DNA of 56,825 nucleotides, filler included, from Platydemus manokwari (GCA_037951405.1; 5 parts of 5 records of this genome joined end to end with filler, not necessarily neighbours in it); one strand, 5' to 3'. Shown: positions 1 through 14,600, counted from the whole stretch's first letter. The notes: a model not told the origin generated them from the sequence alone. Made by a program: numbers and translations.

Positions 1-66
<66 letters not shown>
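1..66. repeat. (TAA)n microsatellite
   Basis: Direct: pure TAA run at the window start. Confidence 0.98.
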
Positions 67-68
<2 letters not shown>

Positions 69-1737
69 TAAATAATATAAATAATGCTTACACAGCAGCA
101 ATAATATTTTTAATTTTAAAATATATATTTATAAATAAATCAGCATTTATGTTTAGAAAATTTATTTTTTTAATATTTATAATTTTTTAAATTTTTTTAA
201 TTTTAATCGATTTTGATTTATAAATACTTATTTATATTAAAATTCCCTTCATTTCTTGTCATAATATTAAAATTCCTTTTAAATTATATGTAAACCTGGA
301 ATTTTGTAATGATATCTCTCTAATAATTTAAAAAGTTTTAAATAATAATTTAATTTAATTTTTAAAAAAGTAATTTTAAACCATTCTGAGAAATTGCAAA
401 TTTTTCAACATGTAATGAAAGCGACTATCAATTCCAAAAATAAATAAACAATTCATTTTATCTTCTCTGTTTCGTTTGATAAACAATGTCAAAAATGCAT
501 TCATAACTTTTTGCCATAAATAAATATTCAAAAAAAATTGCCCATCAATCAATCGGAAATGCATTTTGAGAATTAAAACAAATCTCTTTAATTGTATTGC
601 CAATTCATTATTTTATTATTAATTATTTTTATTTAAACAAAAATTAGAAAACTCACTATGAGGAGCCACTGGATTTTTGGTAAAATAATCCATTTTGAAC
701 AGCACTAAAATTAATATTAGATAATAGTATCAATTATTACAAACGAAAAATACTTTGAAAGATTTATCTATTATAAAATGGAATTAAAATCACTGAGATA
801 TTTAAATGGATATCAGAAAAGGTCTTCTTTGTCGATATCATTTTAATTACTTGATCATTATCATAATTGTTATTAGCATCTGTTGCCACAATTCGCGTCC
901 TAAACAGTTCTCGAAATTCTTATTACCTACGGTCAGCAGTAAGCCTTAATATTTGATGTTTGTTCGCTTCGATTGCTTCAAATACCTATATGAGGATGAA
1001 ATACGCTACGGTAGACAATGATTTAATTGTAATTCGATAATTTAATCCTAAACCCTCTTTCTATTCAATGCTATTCCTACTTTCAAGTATTGTGATTACG
1101 TACATGTGAGAATTGGACCGATCATTACTCATCCAATGCACCAAAAGCAAAAAGTCAATTAAAATGATGATGATCAGGTGGTGAATGTAGTTCTTTACAA
1201 GTTCTTTACTGAGAGATTTCTAAAACAAAAAGGAACAAACCGAGGACTTGCAGAAGACAATCAATGGTAGCCGCTTAAGAAAGATATAATAAATGAATTT
1301 CTGCAATCAGGTGACTTTTAATTATATATTGAATAAAGTCTGTTCGTAAAATTATTTAAGGATATCATCATAATCATTTTTATTAGTGTGAGAAAACGCC
1401 GGTAAAAGTTATTAGTATAGGAGAAATATTAATGATCGTTGTAGTAAGGCCAGGAGTAGATCCCTGTGAATAAATTTGTATAGTGATACGACTTAATGAT
1501 CGCCTTATTGTCTTTTATAGTCGTATTAAAGAGTTAGCTGGAGCAGATTAAAATCAATTTATGATAAGAGCCTAATTCAATATAAACAAGAAATATAAGA
1601 TATTTATACTTATATGGAATGTTAGAAATGCAGCATCTTACTGTTCGAGCATATCTAGTGGGCATATCTAGGATCCCCTGCTCAATATTACATATTATTG
1701 AGATTTACTGTGTCATGAGATTTTCAACCAATATTAC

Positions 1738-1740
<3 letters not shown>

Positions 1741-1771
<31 letters not shown>
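1741..1771. repeat. (TA)n microsatellite
   Basis: Direct. Confidence 0.95.
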
Positions 1772-1772
<1 letters not shown>

Positions 1773-2531
1773 CCTTGTCTGATCTTAACCTTTATCATAT
1801 CAATGATATTTTTATGTAGACATGTATAATTTTAGATTTGATAAACAACAATATTCGTGGAGAATGGCAAAGAAAATTATTTGAAAATAAAATTAATTTT
1901 ACTCTCATGGATACGGATCGAAGAATTATCATTAATATTCAATTTACTGTTGAGGAGAAAAATCCATAAATTTAAGGAATTAAGTCAAGTGTCTTGAAAA
2001 AGAGGATTATTTCATTGTCGACTATATTCACGATTCAGAATCATAAAATCAAATGAGAATACTAATGGATAAAAATATCAATCATCAATTTTGATCCAAA
2101 TAATTAATCTTTTTCAACCATTTCCTGTGTTATAGAGAATGCTCTGACAGAATTCGACGGAAATTTACTATATCAACTCATTACAATTAATATATCATTA
2201 CCATATAATCATAATAAAATTATCTTAAATTTTTTGATGGCCTTTTCCAATCGATTTCAAATAGTATTTTATCAGAAACTAGAATAAAAATAAAAAATTA
2301 TAAATAAATAAAAATTGATAGCTTTAGAGAATCTCTAAAATCCGAACATTTATTTTCCTATTTGATTTTCTATTATTTCACTGTTGGGTTCTCAGTTGAA
2401 TAAGTTCTGACAAATCGATTTAGACTCATCAATCAATCTTTTAGAACATATATTGAATATAAGAAAGAAAATTCATACAATTATGTTTAAGTGTCCTGAC
2501 ATTAGAGAATATAATTTTTATTTTAGCTATA

Positions 2532-2622
2532 TTATATATACATATATATACACACATATATACGTATATACATATATATATATATACACACACACATATA
2601 TATATATATATGAATGTGTGTA
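2532..2622. repeat. Compound (TA)/(CA)/(TG) low-complexity tract
   Basis: Direct; explains the spurious YIYI ORF 2453-2644. Confidence 0.9.
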
Positions 2623-3073
2623 TGCGTGTTTCTTCTATGTTTGAAATGTAATAAATGTTGAAATCAATTTAGACAGCCTGGTTAATCAAGCTTACTAAAA
2701 TTCGAACATGACTCACTATATGTTTCAAAGAATTCACCACAATTCCAAAGACAAAACATCAGTAGTTGGTTAACAGTAAACAATTACTTCAAATTATTTA
2801 TTAGCTAATTAAAGTACAAACAATTTAATTTAGTGTAGGGCGTAGTTGCAAAATTCAATTGTTGGTTTATTTTCAAATATCACGGACCACCAAAAGAGGA
2901 ATATAGAGATTGAGTAAATAATCTTGTACTAAGCTTAACAGTTCATTGAGTTGTCAAATCTTTGATATTCATTTAATGTGAAGATTTATAATGAATTGAA
3001 ATTTGAAAAAATTTTAATGAAATTATTATAAAATATTATTTTGTTTGAATGATTGTAAATAAGAAGTTTTATT

Positions 3074-4250
3074 TGGTGTCGTGATTTTTCAACTCGTTTT
3101 CAATTCGTGTTTTATAAAAGTGTAGCTGTTTAAATTGTGACCAATTATTTGGATTTGATTTTGTCTACGACACGGAAGTATAGAAGAGGTGGAAGACATA
3201 TAAACGACTTAAAGATTATCTAACAAAGTTGTATAGAAGATGTAGAAAAGAAAAAGTGAAGCTTAAAGAAGTCATAAAGAAGTCATTGTAACTAAAATAT
3301 AATTTGTTGGCGTGAATTTTCAGTTCGTTTTTGATACGTGCAGCTCGCAATGAACATTAGATGAAGCTTAAACAGAAGACGTAAATATACCTTGGAAGGG
3401 TTTTGTAATTTCCTACTTGATTGATGACTAAAATTTCTACAAATATCAATTCGGAGAAGAGAATCACCGTCAGTTAACAAAAATCAATTTAAGGGGTGAA
3501 ATTGTAAGTGTAAAATTTAGATAAATTTTAACCAATTAAATATATAAAATCATTGCTTCTCATTTTTCCGACTTAATCTCTTTCGAACCGTGTTATCAAT
3601 TTTGGTTCCATCTATCCATCCATTAAATGAATCTAAAAACTTCAACACATAACATTTTATATTTCATCGAAAAATTCAACAAAATTATTTCAATTGAAAA
3701 TCAAATTCCAAGGAGAATGTTATTTCATGAACTAAAATTAAGGCTTCGGAAAACGTGAATGTACTTTAAAATTTAATCGATCAGATTTATGAAGAAAGAT
3801 TTTCTGATTAAGATCAGCAGCAATAAGATTATTGATTAACTGGCTACCGGAAATCTTAAAGAATTAAGAATAATTTAATTGTGAATTTTTATAACTTTAA
3901 ATTTTAGGAATTTTTTTGAAAATTTAAAATGAAGTAATTTTTAAAATAATTTTAATATTTTTATAAAATCCTGATTAAAATTGACAATAATTGAAGTTCT
4001 CGGGAAAATATTTGAATGGTAAATATGAAGTAAATCCTCTAAATGAATAATTCTAACGAATCTCAAAACTTATATGAAAAAGCTATCACTAAGAGTTGTT
4101 ATGTTAAATGGAAGAAAGATATCTTATTTCTAGAAACAACAAAAGATTTCCAGAATATGTGTCAGGCGGTAATTAATGAGAATACACGAATTATGTCCAA
4201 TTTTCTAATCAATGTCTCATATTTTGGCTATTTTTTTCAGTTGAAATAAA
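3074..4250 (+). mobile_element. Ty3/Gypsy (Mag-like) relic: PBS, gag start, protease
   Basis: PBS-like TGGTGTC at 3074. A gag-like stretch FDFVYDTEV*KRWKTYKRLKDYL follows (~3155-3225), then a degenerate aspartyl protease motif VGVNFQFVFDTCSS (~3305-3346). Confidence 0.5.
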
Positions 4251-5172
4251 TTTCACAATTTTTGAAAATAATAACCATAGATAAAACTTCATAAAGCACC
4301 ACGCATATTTCTTTCAAAAATTAAATTTAGAATGTATATCTTTTGAAAAATATTTTTTATTATTATTAAATCTTGATAATTTATATGTGCTCTATTATTG
4401 ACTATCACTGGAATAATCATTTTGAATTTAATTTCAAATAATAACAAAAGTTGAGTATGGAGAGAGAGAGAGAATAATTTCCCAATCATTTAATAAGGAA
4501 AAATTCCGAATTACATAAATCAAATAGAAAGAAATTTCTAAACTGATTTTTTCTCCTTCCTCCAGAGACATTCAGTTCAACAGATCAATGAATTGAGAAA
4601 AAGATAAAATAATGCTATTAGATGAACATAAAAGGGAAAAGAATCAATTTGTATTCCTGTCACATCAGCCATTTCTCTAACTGACTACGCCAAAAAATAC
4701 AAGAAGGATTCAAGCTTTGTGACAGTTTGGTTTGTTATCGGTTGTTAGAAATATGTCAAATATTTTCAATACGCTTAATTCATCGATTTTAAACAATTAA
4801 AACAAATTTATTGTATTTCTCATATTAAATTTTAAATTGATTATTTTATTTTAAAAAACAATTTAAAAAAATCGTCAATGAAACAAATATTCAATACTCA
4901 ATTAGATTAATAATAAACCAATTAGTAAAGTTTTAAATAAATAAATAAATATTGATTGAAATATCTCACTTGACAATGAAATTTTGCATATTTTATCTGT
5001 TGTGTGTGATTTCGTTTTGATTTTTCTTTTGAATTTTGTTGGAGCTTTTGACTGGGCTCTTTTTATTTAAAATTTGATTTTCAGTAACAGCAGCATCGAT
5101 TGTTATGTTTCTTAAGATTCCTGGCGGTGAAAAATTCAATGGGGATAATCACAATCCACCTATTAGAATCAT

Positions 5173-5397
5173 TCATTCTAAGGATTCCTTCAAATAAAAC
5201 TTGATTTTATAATATTTCTGTATTGCCAACATTATGATGTACCTGTTTAATACCAGTCCACAACCACAATATTTGGAAATTGTTAAACGATAAAAGTTAA
5301 TGATTGGTTTTCCGTTAATTACAAAAGTTGCAATTTGTCTACCGGAGTTGGCCTTGGATTTTCTAATTGATTCCTCCAAGTTTTCTTTTAGTAGCAC
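5173..5397 (-). mobile_element. Possible LTR-retrotransposon protease fragment
   Basis: ORF contains IATFVINGKPIINF, resembling the strand before the DTG motif; the catalytic motif itself is not intact. Confidence 0.25.
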
Positions 5398-5885
5398 TAA
5401 GTGTTATGAGGGAAATTTGTTAAATTGGAATTTTTATTATTAATCAATTACAGCACTCTCTCCAATCATTAAACATGGAGAAATTTGCAACTGTCTCTAA
5501 ATTACTTAATGCATGACACATGAATCCAACAATGAAAGATTGAAAGCAATCGGAAATTAAGATTATATATAGCTTAATAATAACGATAAAGAATAGCCAT
5601 TACCATTAGTTGCAATGCAAATTAATTGTTATGATTTGTAGGCAGACACCAATTTGAATAAAATGTCATATGATCTGGGTTTAACGATTGAAAATTAAAC
5701 TTGAAGGATGATTTATCAAAATACCCACTTTCCACTTTCAGAGACTGTCGGAAAAGTTAAAGGAACTTTAGGGTGACCTGGTGTTTACCGAAAAAATATA
5801 TTAGACGACAAATAACGAATGTGAATTGTTAGGATTTAAAAAAATAATTTCAAACAAAAAGACTTTTAAACGAAATTTATATTAA

Positions 5886-5956
5886 CACGTTGACGGACAC
5901 TTGCGTCTGTAACCGTCAATTTCGAACTTCATTTGTTCCTACTGTCCGTCAATGTG
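5886..5956. mobile_element. 71-bp piggyBac-like MITE with TTAA target-site duplication
   Basis: Direct: TTAA at 5882-5885 and 5957-5960. 14-bp TIRs CACGTTGACGGACA / TGTCCGTCAATGTG with one mismatch. Confidence 0.75.
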
Positions 5957-7599
5957 TTAAAAACATAAATTGTGAATTTTTATTATTTAAGTGAATTGGA
6001 TAAATATACTTTATTAGTTTTGAATTTTCAATTTGATTTCAATTGGTGCTTTATAAAAGAAGAGCGATATAACAACGGATAATAACTATTATGTAACAAC
6101 TATTACAATGATTTGATGATAAGAATGTTGAGTTCCACATACTTAGTAATTACACAAATCAAACATTAATATAAAAAGTATTTTTCAATGAGTCTCTCTC
6201 TCAATCTCTCTTTCTTCCTCTCTCTCTCCGTATATAAAAGGAGAATATTCTTGCTTGTAGTTGCTTAACTTTTTGTAGGATATCACGAGATAAAATTTCG
6301 TTTTAATAATTTTAAGGGTATTTCGTGGGAAATCTAGAGATATAGCAGCTGTTTAAGCAGTGACATCTATTAAAATTGTCTGGTTTTTCACTCGTTGGAA
6401 GGTTCAGTTCCACATTGATTGTTTCCAGGATTTGAATTACAGTCTGACTGTATCAGAATTCTCAATAAAATTTAACAAAAAAATTAACAACAATATAATA
6501 GTAATGAAATATTTATCATCAACTGATTTCGTCACTTGACAGCTTGTAATTGTTTCTAAAAATATCTGGCGCACCTCGTTTCCGTTGCTGTTTGATAGAA
6601 ATAGCTTTTAGTTATTTTTTGCGGTCATCCCTTATTTTGATTTTATTAAGTTTGATGTATGGCCTTCTTATTATGATAATCCAATCAAGCCTTATTGAAA
6701 TGATATTAAACTATTTATATTCATTATGTTCATGAGTTAAAATTCATGCTCGATAATAAATAGTTCAGTATGGTATCAACTCATCTTGAAATATTATAAT
6801 CCATTGATTCATTGGGATATTTAGGAAACATATTAGTTGTTGAATAAATGAGATAAATGATATGTTAGAAGATCTATGAAGCATAATTTAACAGACTTCC
6901 CGAATATATATTAAAATTATGTATTGACTTGTAGGTATATGGAGTTTCAAATTCGAAATCATCATTTATTTAGAGAAATGAAATCAATGGAAACTTATTG
7001 TTGAATTTAGTTAAAGGGATTCTCTTGTGAAATTTTTACAATGTTTTGATTTATTCCAAAATATAACAGAAATATTTCAAGAAAAAACTAAAGTTTCAAG
7101 ATAAACGTACAAAGACCTACTGTTATATTTCTCATATTAAACCAAGCTATTAGGAGATACACCAAGAAGAAAGACATTCGTTTGGAAGCAAGTTATTTAA
7201 TCTTGATTTAACTTAAAAAATTATATTTTTGAAAAATCATAATTCAGTCTAATTTCAGGGTGGATATTCTATTAATATCTCGGCCCAGTGTAAAGCATTG
7301 GCATTTTTTCAAGATAAATGATTAACAAAGGAATAATTATCAAGCTGTATTTTAATATAAAGCGGTTACATAATTTTTAACGTATCATACTTTGCCTCTG
7401 TATTTAATACACAAAAAAACTCATCTCTATTGGCAACTAACAGTTCTATTATTAATTATATTATGATTTTCTGTTTTTATTTTATAATTAAAAATGTTGA
7501 TTTGCAGTTATTCTCTTTCACACATATTATTGATTTCGGTATAATAATAATAAAAAAATATATTACTTCAAATAATTATTATAAATATATCATTAATTA

Positions 7600-8270
7600 G
7601 CTTGATGTTGTATTAGATAAACGATTAGTCAAATGTGCTTCTGATCTACTCTCTATTTTGCTAATAGTTGTTATAAATATGATTATCAACTCCACAGATA
7701 TGAAATATCATTTTAGAACAATAACTATTTCATTTTGTGACCATCACATTATTATCACTTCTTTTGCTTTTTGTATTGTCGTTATTTATTCATCTACCCA
7801 ACCTATTGAATAACCCAACTCTAGGATAATCATCAATAAATAATAAAGAATCCATTAAATTGCCAGTTGTGATGATAATTGGCATTGGGAAAGTGTGACA
7901 AATATTCCACACATTACCTTAATTGTTATTTTTTGTCCAACATTATATCGAATTGTCTGTAAATTTTACCATTAAATATGGACGGATTTAATAAGGATTG
8001 AATAAATTATTGACTGACGAAATCATTCTTATCCTTTCAATTTTTCATTAATAAATAACTTGATGATGGTCGATTAAAATGTGACATTTTGTCTCAGTTG
8101 ATCGTGATTTCACAAATCAACAATGGTTTTCGAAAAAATTTTATTCCGAGTGTATAAATAAAAATTTCAAAAAATTTCCTGGCACTTTCAAAGAAATATT
8201 TTAATTGGTATTCCGTCAAAGAGCCAGATTTAAATAGAGCGGTTCCTCGTTTAAATGTCATTCAATCAAA
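7600..8270 (-). mobile_element. Degenerate Penelope-like RT fragment
   Basis: Minus strand gives GKIYRQ followed by FPMPIIIT / SSQLA, resembling 'Y.Q..G.PMG..S..LA'. Heavily decayed. Confidence 0.35.
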
Positions 8271-10540
8271 TCCTCCATTAATATCGATAAACCAATTAAT
8301 TCTATTTTAATTTTTTTTAAAAAAAACGATAACGCGTTTTTTGTATTTGTTAAAAAAAATTTGAAGAGAAATTCTCATCTAGATTCGTTGATTTTTTTCA
8401 TTTCATTGATTATATTAATATCAAGGTTAAATTGCAAAACAGACTTAATGTGGTCGAACATATTTAATATGTTGTCTTCCATTATATAATAAACGTTCAT
8501 AACAACAAATTATTGATTAAAGTGTTATTTAAAATTTAGAGATAAATTAAAATTTTTAAAAATTGATTAAATAATTAAACGAAAAGCGAATAAAATAATG
8601 ATACTTCTTAGGTTCTTTTAAAACTAGAATTGCTGGTCAACACTAGTTATAGTTAATCGAACAGAAACTGTTCATCTATCATTCACATTTTTTGAATTTT
8701 TTTTCTATTTCCTAATTAATATTAACATTTTATTAAAGCGAAAAAATAGAAATTTTAAATAATATGATGATAAAAATCAACATGATAATTAAAAAAATAA
8801 ATTAAGAATCATCAATAAGTGATCAATAAATATTCGATTAGATTAATAAGAAGTTATTTTGATTATAAAATGGCTGAGCATTTTTAAATTTCAAAGATAA
8901 TTATTGTATTTAAATATAAATTTGAATCGTGATGTTTCAGTTCGTCTTAATGGGCTTTATGAAATAATAAAGACATACAAGATGGGTGAAGAATGAAGCC
9001 TTTAATACTTAACATACTGGAACATGACTGTTAGCCGCTACTATTTTATAAACCACACAAACGAACTGAAGAGTCAAGACACCACAAATCTATTTTATAC
9101 AAATATGATCTTATATTAAATCCGAATTAAATTAGAATTAAAATTTTAATTTATAAAAAAATTCATTTCATTTGAAATATCTTTCAATGACGTCTGCAGA
9201 ACTTGTCTCGTTTGTTTAACTGTAATGTTTCTCTCTTTACCTCTTCGAAAGATCTTTTGTAAAATGAGAGAAATTTGAATGCTGTGATTCTCACCAAGGA
9301 GTGAATGTTTGATGAAAATAAAATACATTCTCGAAATTAACAAATTGATCTATTATTTGTTGTATTTATATGGAATATTAATTCAAATAATTATTATAAT
9401 TGGTGATATATTAATAATAAAATATTAAATTATATATTATGGATTCGATCATAAAAAATAAAATTTTAATCAAATCACCTTCATTAATATAAAATTTAAT
9501 TTGTAGAATTTCGGTTTTCGGATTTGCATCATTTTCATTCCCTAATGTGTAAATTGTGATCTATTTATACCTTTTACTTCATCGATACTGATGGATTACG
9601 GTCACATAATTGGGAGAATTCAATGATCTTGCATATGCTCAATCATTATCCCAAAACTGTTATGTCCAACATAATTTTATAGTGTTTTATAGATTTTATT
9701 TTTTCGAAATTTTAAGTAATTAATCTATATTTTTTATCTTCACTGTCAAAACATGTTTATCATTTCTCCCCTGTTGCTTAGCTAAATGTAACATTTTCAC
9801 AATGGAGTTTTATAAGCAATTGCCACATAAGATTAAAAACTAACATCCAGAATGTACCTCATCCTAACATTATCACATTTTAAAAGTAGTTATTAGAGTT
9901 TCATAATAATATTAGAAATAATGATAATATTTTTTAAATAACCGAAATAATAGAAATGATTTCAAGTGGATTGTGTTTTGTACCAAATTTGAAATCAATT
10001 GTAAGAAAGAATAGGAAATCAAGAAATTTGTCACAGTTAACAGTTAGCAACTCTTCATAAAATAATGGCATATGCTTTGATAAATATAATTTATATTTTT
10101 TGATTAGTTATGAAAAAATTATTAAAAATCTATTTGTTAAAAAATAAATATAATAATGATAAAATGTTACGAAATATGAAAAATAATATTTAATGATGAG
10201 ATGTAATTATAAATATGTTTATCAGATACGGTAAATTTTGGGTTGAAATGCATGAAATTCCAAATTACTATTATGTATTTAATATTAGGTACATCTAGGA
10301 GCAAGTATAAAAAGAATGAACTAACAAAGTAGTCCGATATTTCAAGAAAATCAATCTTAGGTTCACAATGAATTATTTTATAAAGATATTTTACATTCTA
10401 ATGTTGGCGAAATAGAATTTATTGCAACTTATTGTAGAGTAAAGAATATTATATGTGTCCTTGATTATGAAAGTGGTATAAATCATATATTTCTTGTTTG
10501 GAGATATTAAGGGATTTGCATGTTAAAGAATTAAAAAATA

Positions 10541-10640
10541 NNNNNNNNNNNNNNNNNNNNNNNNNNNNNNNNNNNNNNNNNNNNTTAATTAATTAANNNN
10601 NNNNNNNNNNNNNNNNNNNNNNNNNNNNNNNNNNNNNNNN
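10541..10640. other. Artificial assembly linker (44N-TTAATTAATTAA-44N)
   Basis: Direct; the same 100-nt spacer occurs four times, and its 12-mer has stops in all six frames. Confidence 0.97.
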
Positions 10641-12487
10641 AATTAGAATTGAAAAAAAAGTTTTTGATAAACAGAACTCATAATTTCAATTAATAATTTC
10701 CAATTGAGAATTGAGAAATAGAAACTGGTACAATACAATTCGATCATTGAAATGACTATATTATGGGACGTGAGATAGTTATTGTAACCAAATATACAAA
10801 TACTCATTAAGTGTATAATTCCAGACAGAATTATGAATTTATGTAAATTCAAGACTGACAATATTTAGTCTGGCATTCAGTTTAATTATACTTTTTCATC
10901 ATTTTCCCCGTTTACGATAATCAAATAAAGCTCTGAGAATAATTAAAGTGAATTCATAATATGTGAATGAAAATCATTATCAAGAATTATTTCAAACACA
11001 GATAATATTGTTTCAATGATAAATATTTCAGTATTTTCCTGAAATTAAATGGTGAAGCCTTGCAGAAATGATTCCATGAATATATATATGATTGATAATC
11101 ATAAATTTAAGCTTAGAGATTATTTAATTATATAATGTCTTGTAAAACATGACATCGATTAATTTGAGCTATATTTAATTATAACAATAATTGACGTTGA
11201 TTTTATCAATTTTATCATCATATTTTATTATATTTAAAGAACATGCAACGAATCACAGGTTCTATCAATTTGTATAAATTACTTAAAACTGTATTTTATT
11301 CTAAATAAACAGGAATTATTATTTTCACGTGAAGTTTGCCTTTGTTTTGATTTGTTTGTGGTATTTATGCTTCACAGAAAACTTCATCAACGACATTGAA
11401 ATGTTTTTCAAATCTCACACAAATTTACAAAATAAAGAAATACTCAAAATTAAAATAAAAACAATTTAAAAAAAATGAAACATTATTTGATTGCGAAAAT
11501 GACATATGAATATGTCAATTGAGGAAATATTGCTGAATAATTTTTTCCTACAACATTACCATTCTATTGTTGATCTAGAGAATAAAAATGTTTGCAAACA
11601 AGTTGTTATAAGTTAAATACTACTTTTAATTTTAAAATATTTTAAAGTTAGTACTATGAAATAAAAATATATTATAAATAATTCATTTATCACTTTTGGT
11701 GGGCAACAGTTAAATTTCTGATTTGTTCGCATCGCTGCACATTCAATATTGATTGAAAGCACATATAATTGTTATTGTGTGCTACTATTCCTGATATTTA
11801 CAACTCAGATATACCTGGGTTTGTATAAAATATGCAAACTTAAGAATATCAATTCACATTGAAATGACACGCTTTAAATGAAGCTCGAATGAAAATAATA
11901 ATTTAATATGATATATTAAGAATCAGTTTCGAAAATGATCATTTCTAGATTTTTCTTTTCTATTTTAATTAAACATGCTAACAATCTAATTGGTAATCGA
12001 TAGACAGTCTATAAATACTTATCGAGATACCAGAACAAATTAATAAATCAATGAAGCATTTAATGTTTTCCTCTTAATATTAAGCTGATAATAAATATTG
12101 TTACATCATTATTAACATATTTCTACTTGATTATAATACAAGAATTCTAATATTGATATAATTGTCCATGCCATTTGAAAAGTTCCATTTTAATGGCACA
12201 CATACGCAAACACACACATATATGCGTGTGTGTACATGAAGGTTCCCTCGTTGAATCAATGACAATCCTGACAGGCACTCCAACCGTAGATCAGTCTCAT
12301 AATATCAAAACGTATTTCGAAATAAATTCATAAATATATAATAATAAATATATATGTATTCGAATATATACATGGTAAAAATCACGTAACATTTATAGAA
12401 AAGGAGAAAAAATTGAAAAATTAAATATTCAGATTAAAAGCTAACATATGCATATAATCCGAAGATAATTCGAGAATATTTCTACAG

Positions 12488-12948
12488 ATTATCGATTATA
12501 ATCAGTTCTTGAAAGTTATCGATATTCGGGATGAAGATAAAGTTAAGAAAATTATGAGAGTTTATTTTAGACTATCAAAATAAAATATGCTAACAGTCAA
12601 ACAATGTTTCAGTTTATTTTTCATTTTCTATTGTCAGTAAAAGTTTTACAAGAACTCAGAATATGCAATCAAGCATAAAAGTCAATTAATTTTTAATTTT
12701 TAATTAATTTTTCTTTTCGAAAAGACAGTAATGGAAATGGAAATAATTACCCTTGATAAATATATGGTATTTCATCAATGCTAGTATGAATAAAATAAAT
12801 CAGATATTTGATATTAGAACAATAACAGTAAAATTTCTAGTTTTGAAACTCTTGCAATAGATGTTGGATATTTTGGGTGTTCACAATCTTTATTGATTAC
12901 AAATCATTTTGAAAATCTAGAAAATTCTATCGATTCCATGTTTTGAAT
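12488..12948 (+). CDS. Candidate internal exons of an unknown micro-exon gene (partial)
   Basis: Six short exons separated by GT-AG introns of 29/32/44/51/58 nt splice in frame to IIDYNQFLKVIDIRDEDK-TIKIKYANSQTI-KSFTRTQNMQSSIK-TVMEMEIITLDKYM-NNNSKISSFETLAID-KILSIPCFE. No family recognised. Confidence 0.4.
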
Positions 12949-13899
12949 GTGAGGAAATTTATATTTGAATTCAAATGAAAATGAATACTGATGATTTTAA
13001 GCGCTATGTCGCTATGTCGCTCAAATTGTGAATTCCTGACCTAGTTAACAATGTTTAGTAGGTTACCGATATTCTTTTATAGTACACGAAAGTAATCATA
13101 GTAAAAATAACCTAGAAGCAGTCGATATATTAGATTTTATGGGCAGATAAATACAGTAATCATCCTCCACTTTTGAGGAATTGGAAAAATGTTGCTGTTA
13201 AGAAGAATTTTTTTATAAGAAAAATAATAAAGAAAAATCAAATGAACTTGTAATTTTTTTTTATCATTGGAAAAATATGGCGGTTAGGAAAAGGAATACC
13301 GTATAAGGTTTGATTGACTAGATATGTTCAATTGGCGATGAAGAGTAATTAATTATTGAAATTGTCATCAGTAAATGAAACAAATTGTTTTACCCATTAT
13401 AATGTTAATCGAGAAAAACCAATTAAATATCACAGAAAATTTTTGAAAATATTTGCACAACTAAAAATCAAAATAATTTTCTTTTTCTGAAATATCGACA
13501 GGTTGTGACGAAAAATCAATATTTGTCAACCAGTGCCATTAAATTCAATAAAATTGTCATAAATAATTGATAAATATTAAATATTTTAATTAGTTATGTA
13601 AAATGATATCAATTTTTCAGTTTCTCTTATAAAATTATTAGATTAATTTGATGTATTTATTAAAGCCAAAAATTTCCAAGAAAAAACCAAATCAGATTTT
13701 ATTTAAAAAAAAAGAATCAAATCGGCTCTTCACTAATTGGTTTATTAGTGGATTGATAGAAAATTTGTAGTGAAATTGGAAAAATAAAACAATTAATTAA
13801 TTATATTTTGTATTCCATATCTGTCATGGATACTGTTGGCTAGTTTGCATCATAGTTATTTCTTCCAGAATAACACATTTACAATGAAAACAATTCTCA

Positions 13900-14600
13900 T
13901 TATTTGAATTCTCGATTGTTTTGTTAGGAATTATTTACCACAACAATATAATAATAAGAGAAACATAATAATGGTTCTTTATCAATATAATAAATATTAT
14001 ACGCAGAAATAAAAGCAACGTCTCCATCATATAACGTACAAGGCTGCAGAACCTCTCCAACATTCAATCAGACATGATTCAAACAAAGTCTGAGCCGATA
14101 ACATCAGTTAAGATCAAAAGATGTTTTCTATCGTAAAAAGAATTAAAAAGTGTATCAAATTAAAGGCTTTTTGATTTAGTTATTTTATAAGAAGAAAATG
14201 ATAAATTGTATTGACAATTATAATGATTTGGTAAAGTTCAAAACCAGTAAAATGGATTTCATATGCTGACAACATTCCTTCAATGGTTAGCAAGTAGGTC
14301 AATCATTTAGTACCTATTAATGTACCATGTTTAATAAAGCGAAATTTCTTAACTTGTATAATAATTTAATATTTGGAGAACCATTTTTCAAAATGACATG
14401 TACGAGTTTCTTATCAAATGGGTTATAGTGCGAAATATGAAAAAAAGTATAACATATTAATAAAAAACATAGTTTGAAAAAGTACAAAGCAAACTAACTC
14501 TACATTGCAAGAAAAATAGGATTCCTTCGTATACTGGAATTGTGGTATATAGAGACAATGTTATCGGCAACTTTGAAACATGTTACAGGGGATATAATTT
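13900..14600 (-). mobile_element. Penelope-like RT relic
   Basis: Minus strand LSLYTTIPVYEGI (~14520-14560; PLE 'SLYT.IP..EG') and FIKHGTLIGTK (~14308-14340; 'Q..GTAMGT'), in correct order. Confidence 0.65.

Larger units (their letters stand above)
1150..2800 (+). mobile_element. Degenerate Penelope-like element RT relic, interrupted by (TA)n/(CA)n tracts
   Basis: LYHINDIFM (~1790, like RYIDDIF) is followed by NIQFTVEEK (~1934), matching the PLE RT 'I.FT.E.E' motif. Many stops; boundaries approximate. Confidence 0.5.

Noticed and set aside
376-603. 75-aa ORF and many other 60-110 aa ORFs
   Set aside because: Composition typical of random AT-rich frames, often non-ATG starts, and no recognisable motifs.
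10585-10596. Recurrent palindrome TTAATTAATTAA between N runs
   Set aside because: Identical length and context four times; an assembly spacer, not a repeat array or CRISPR.
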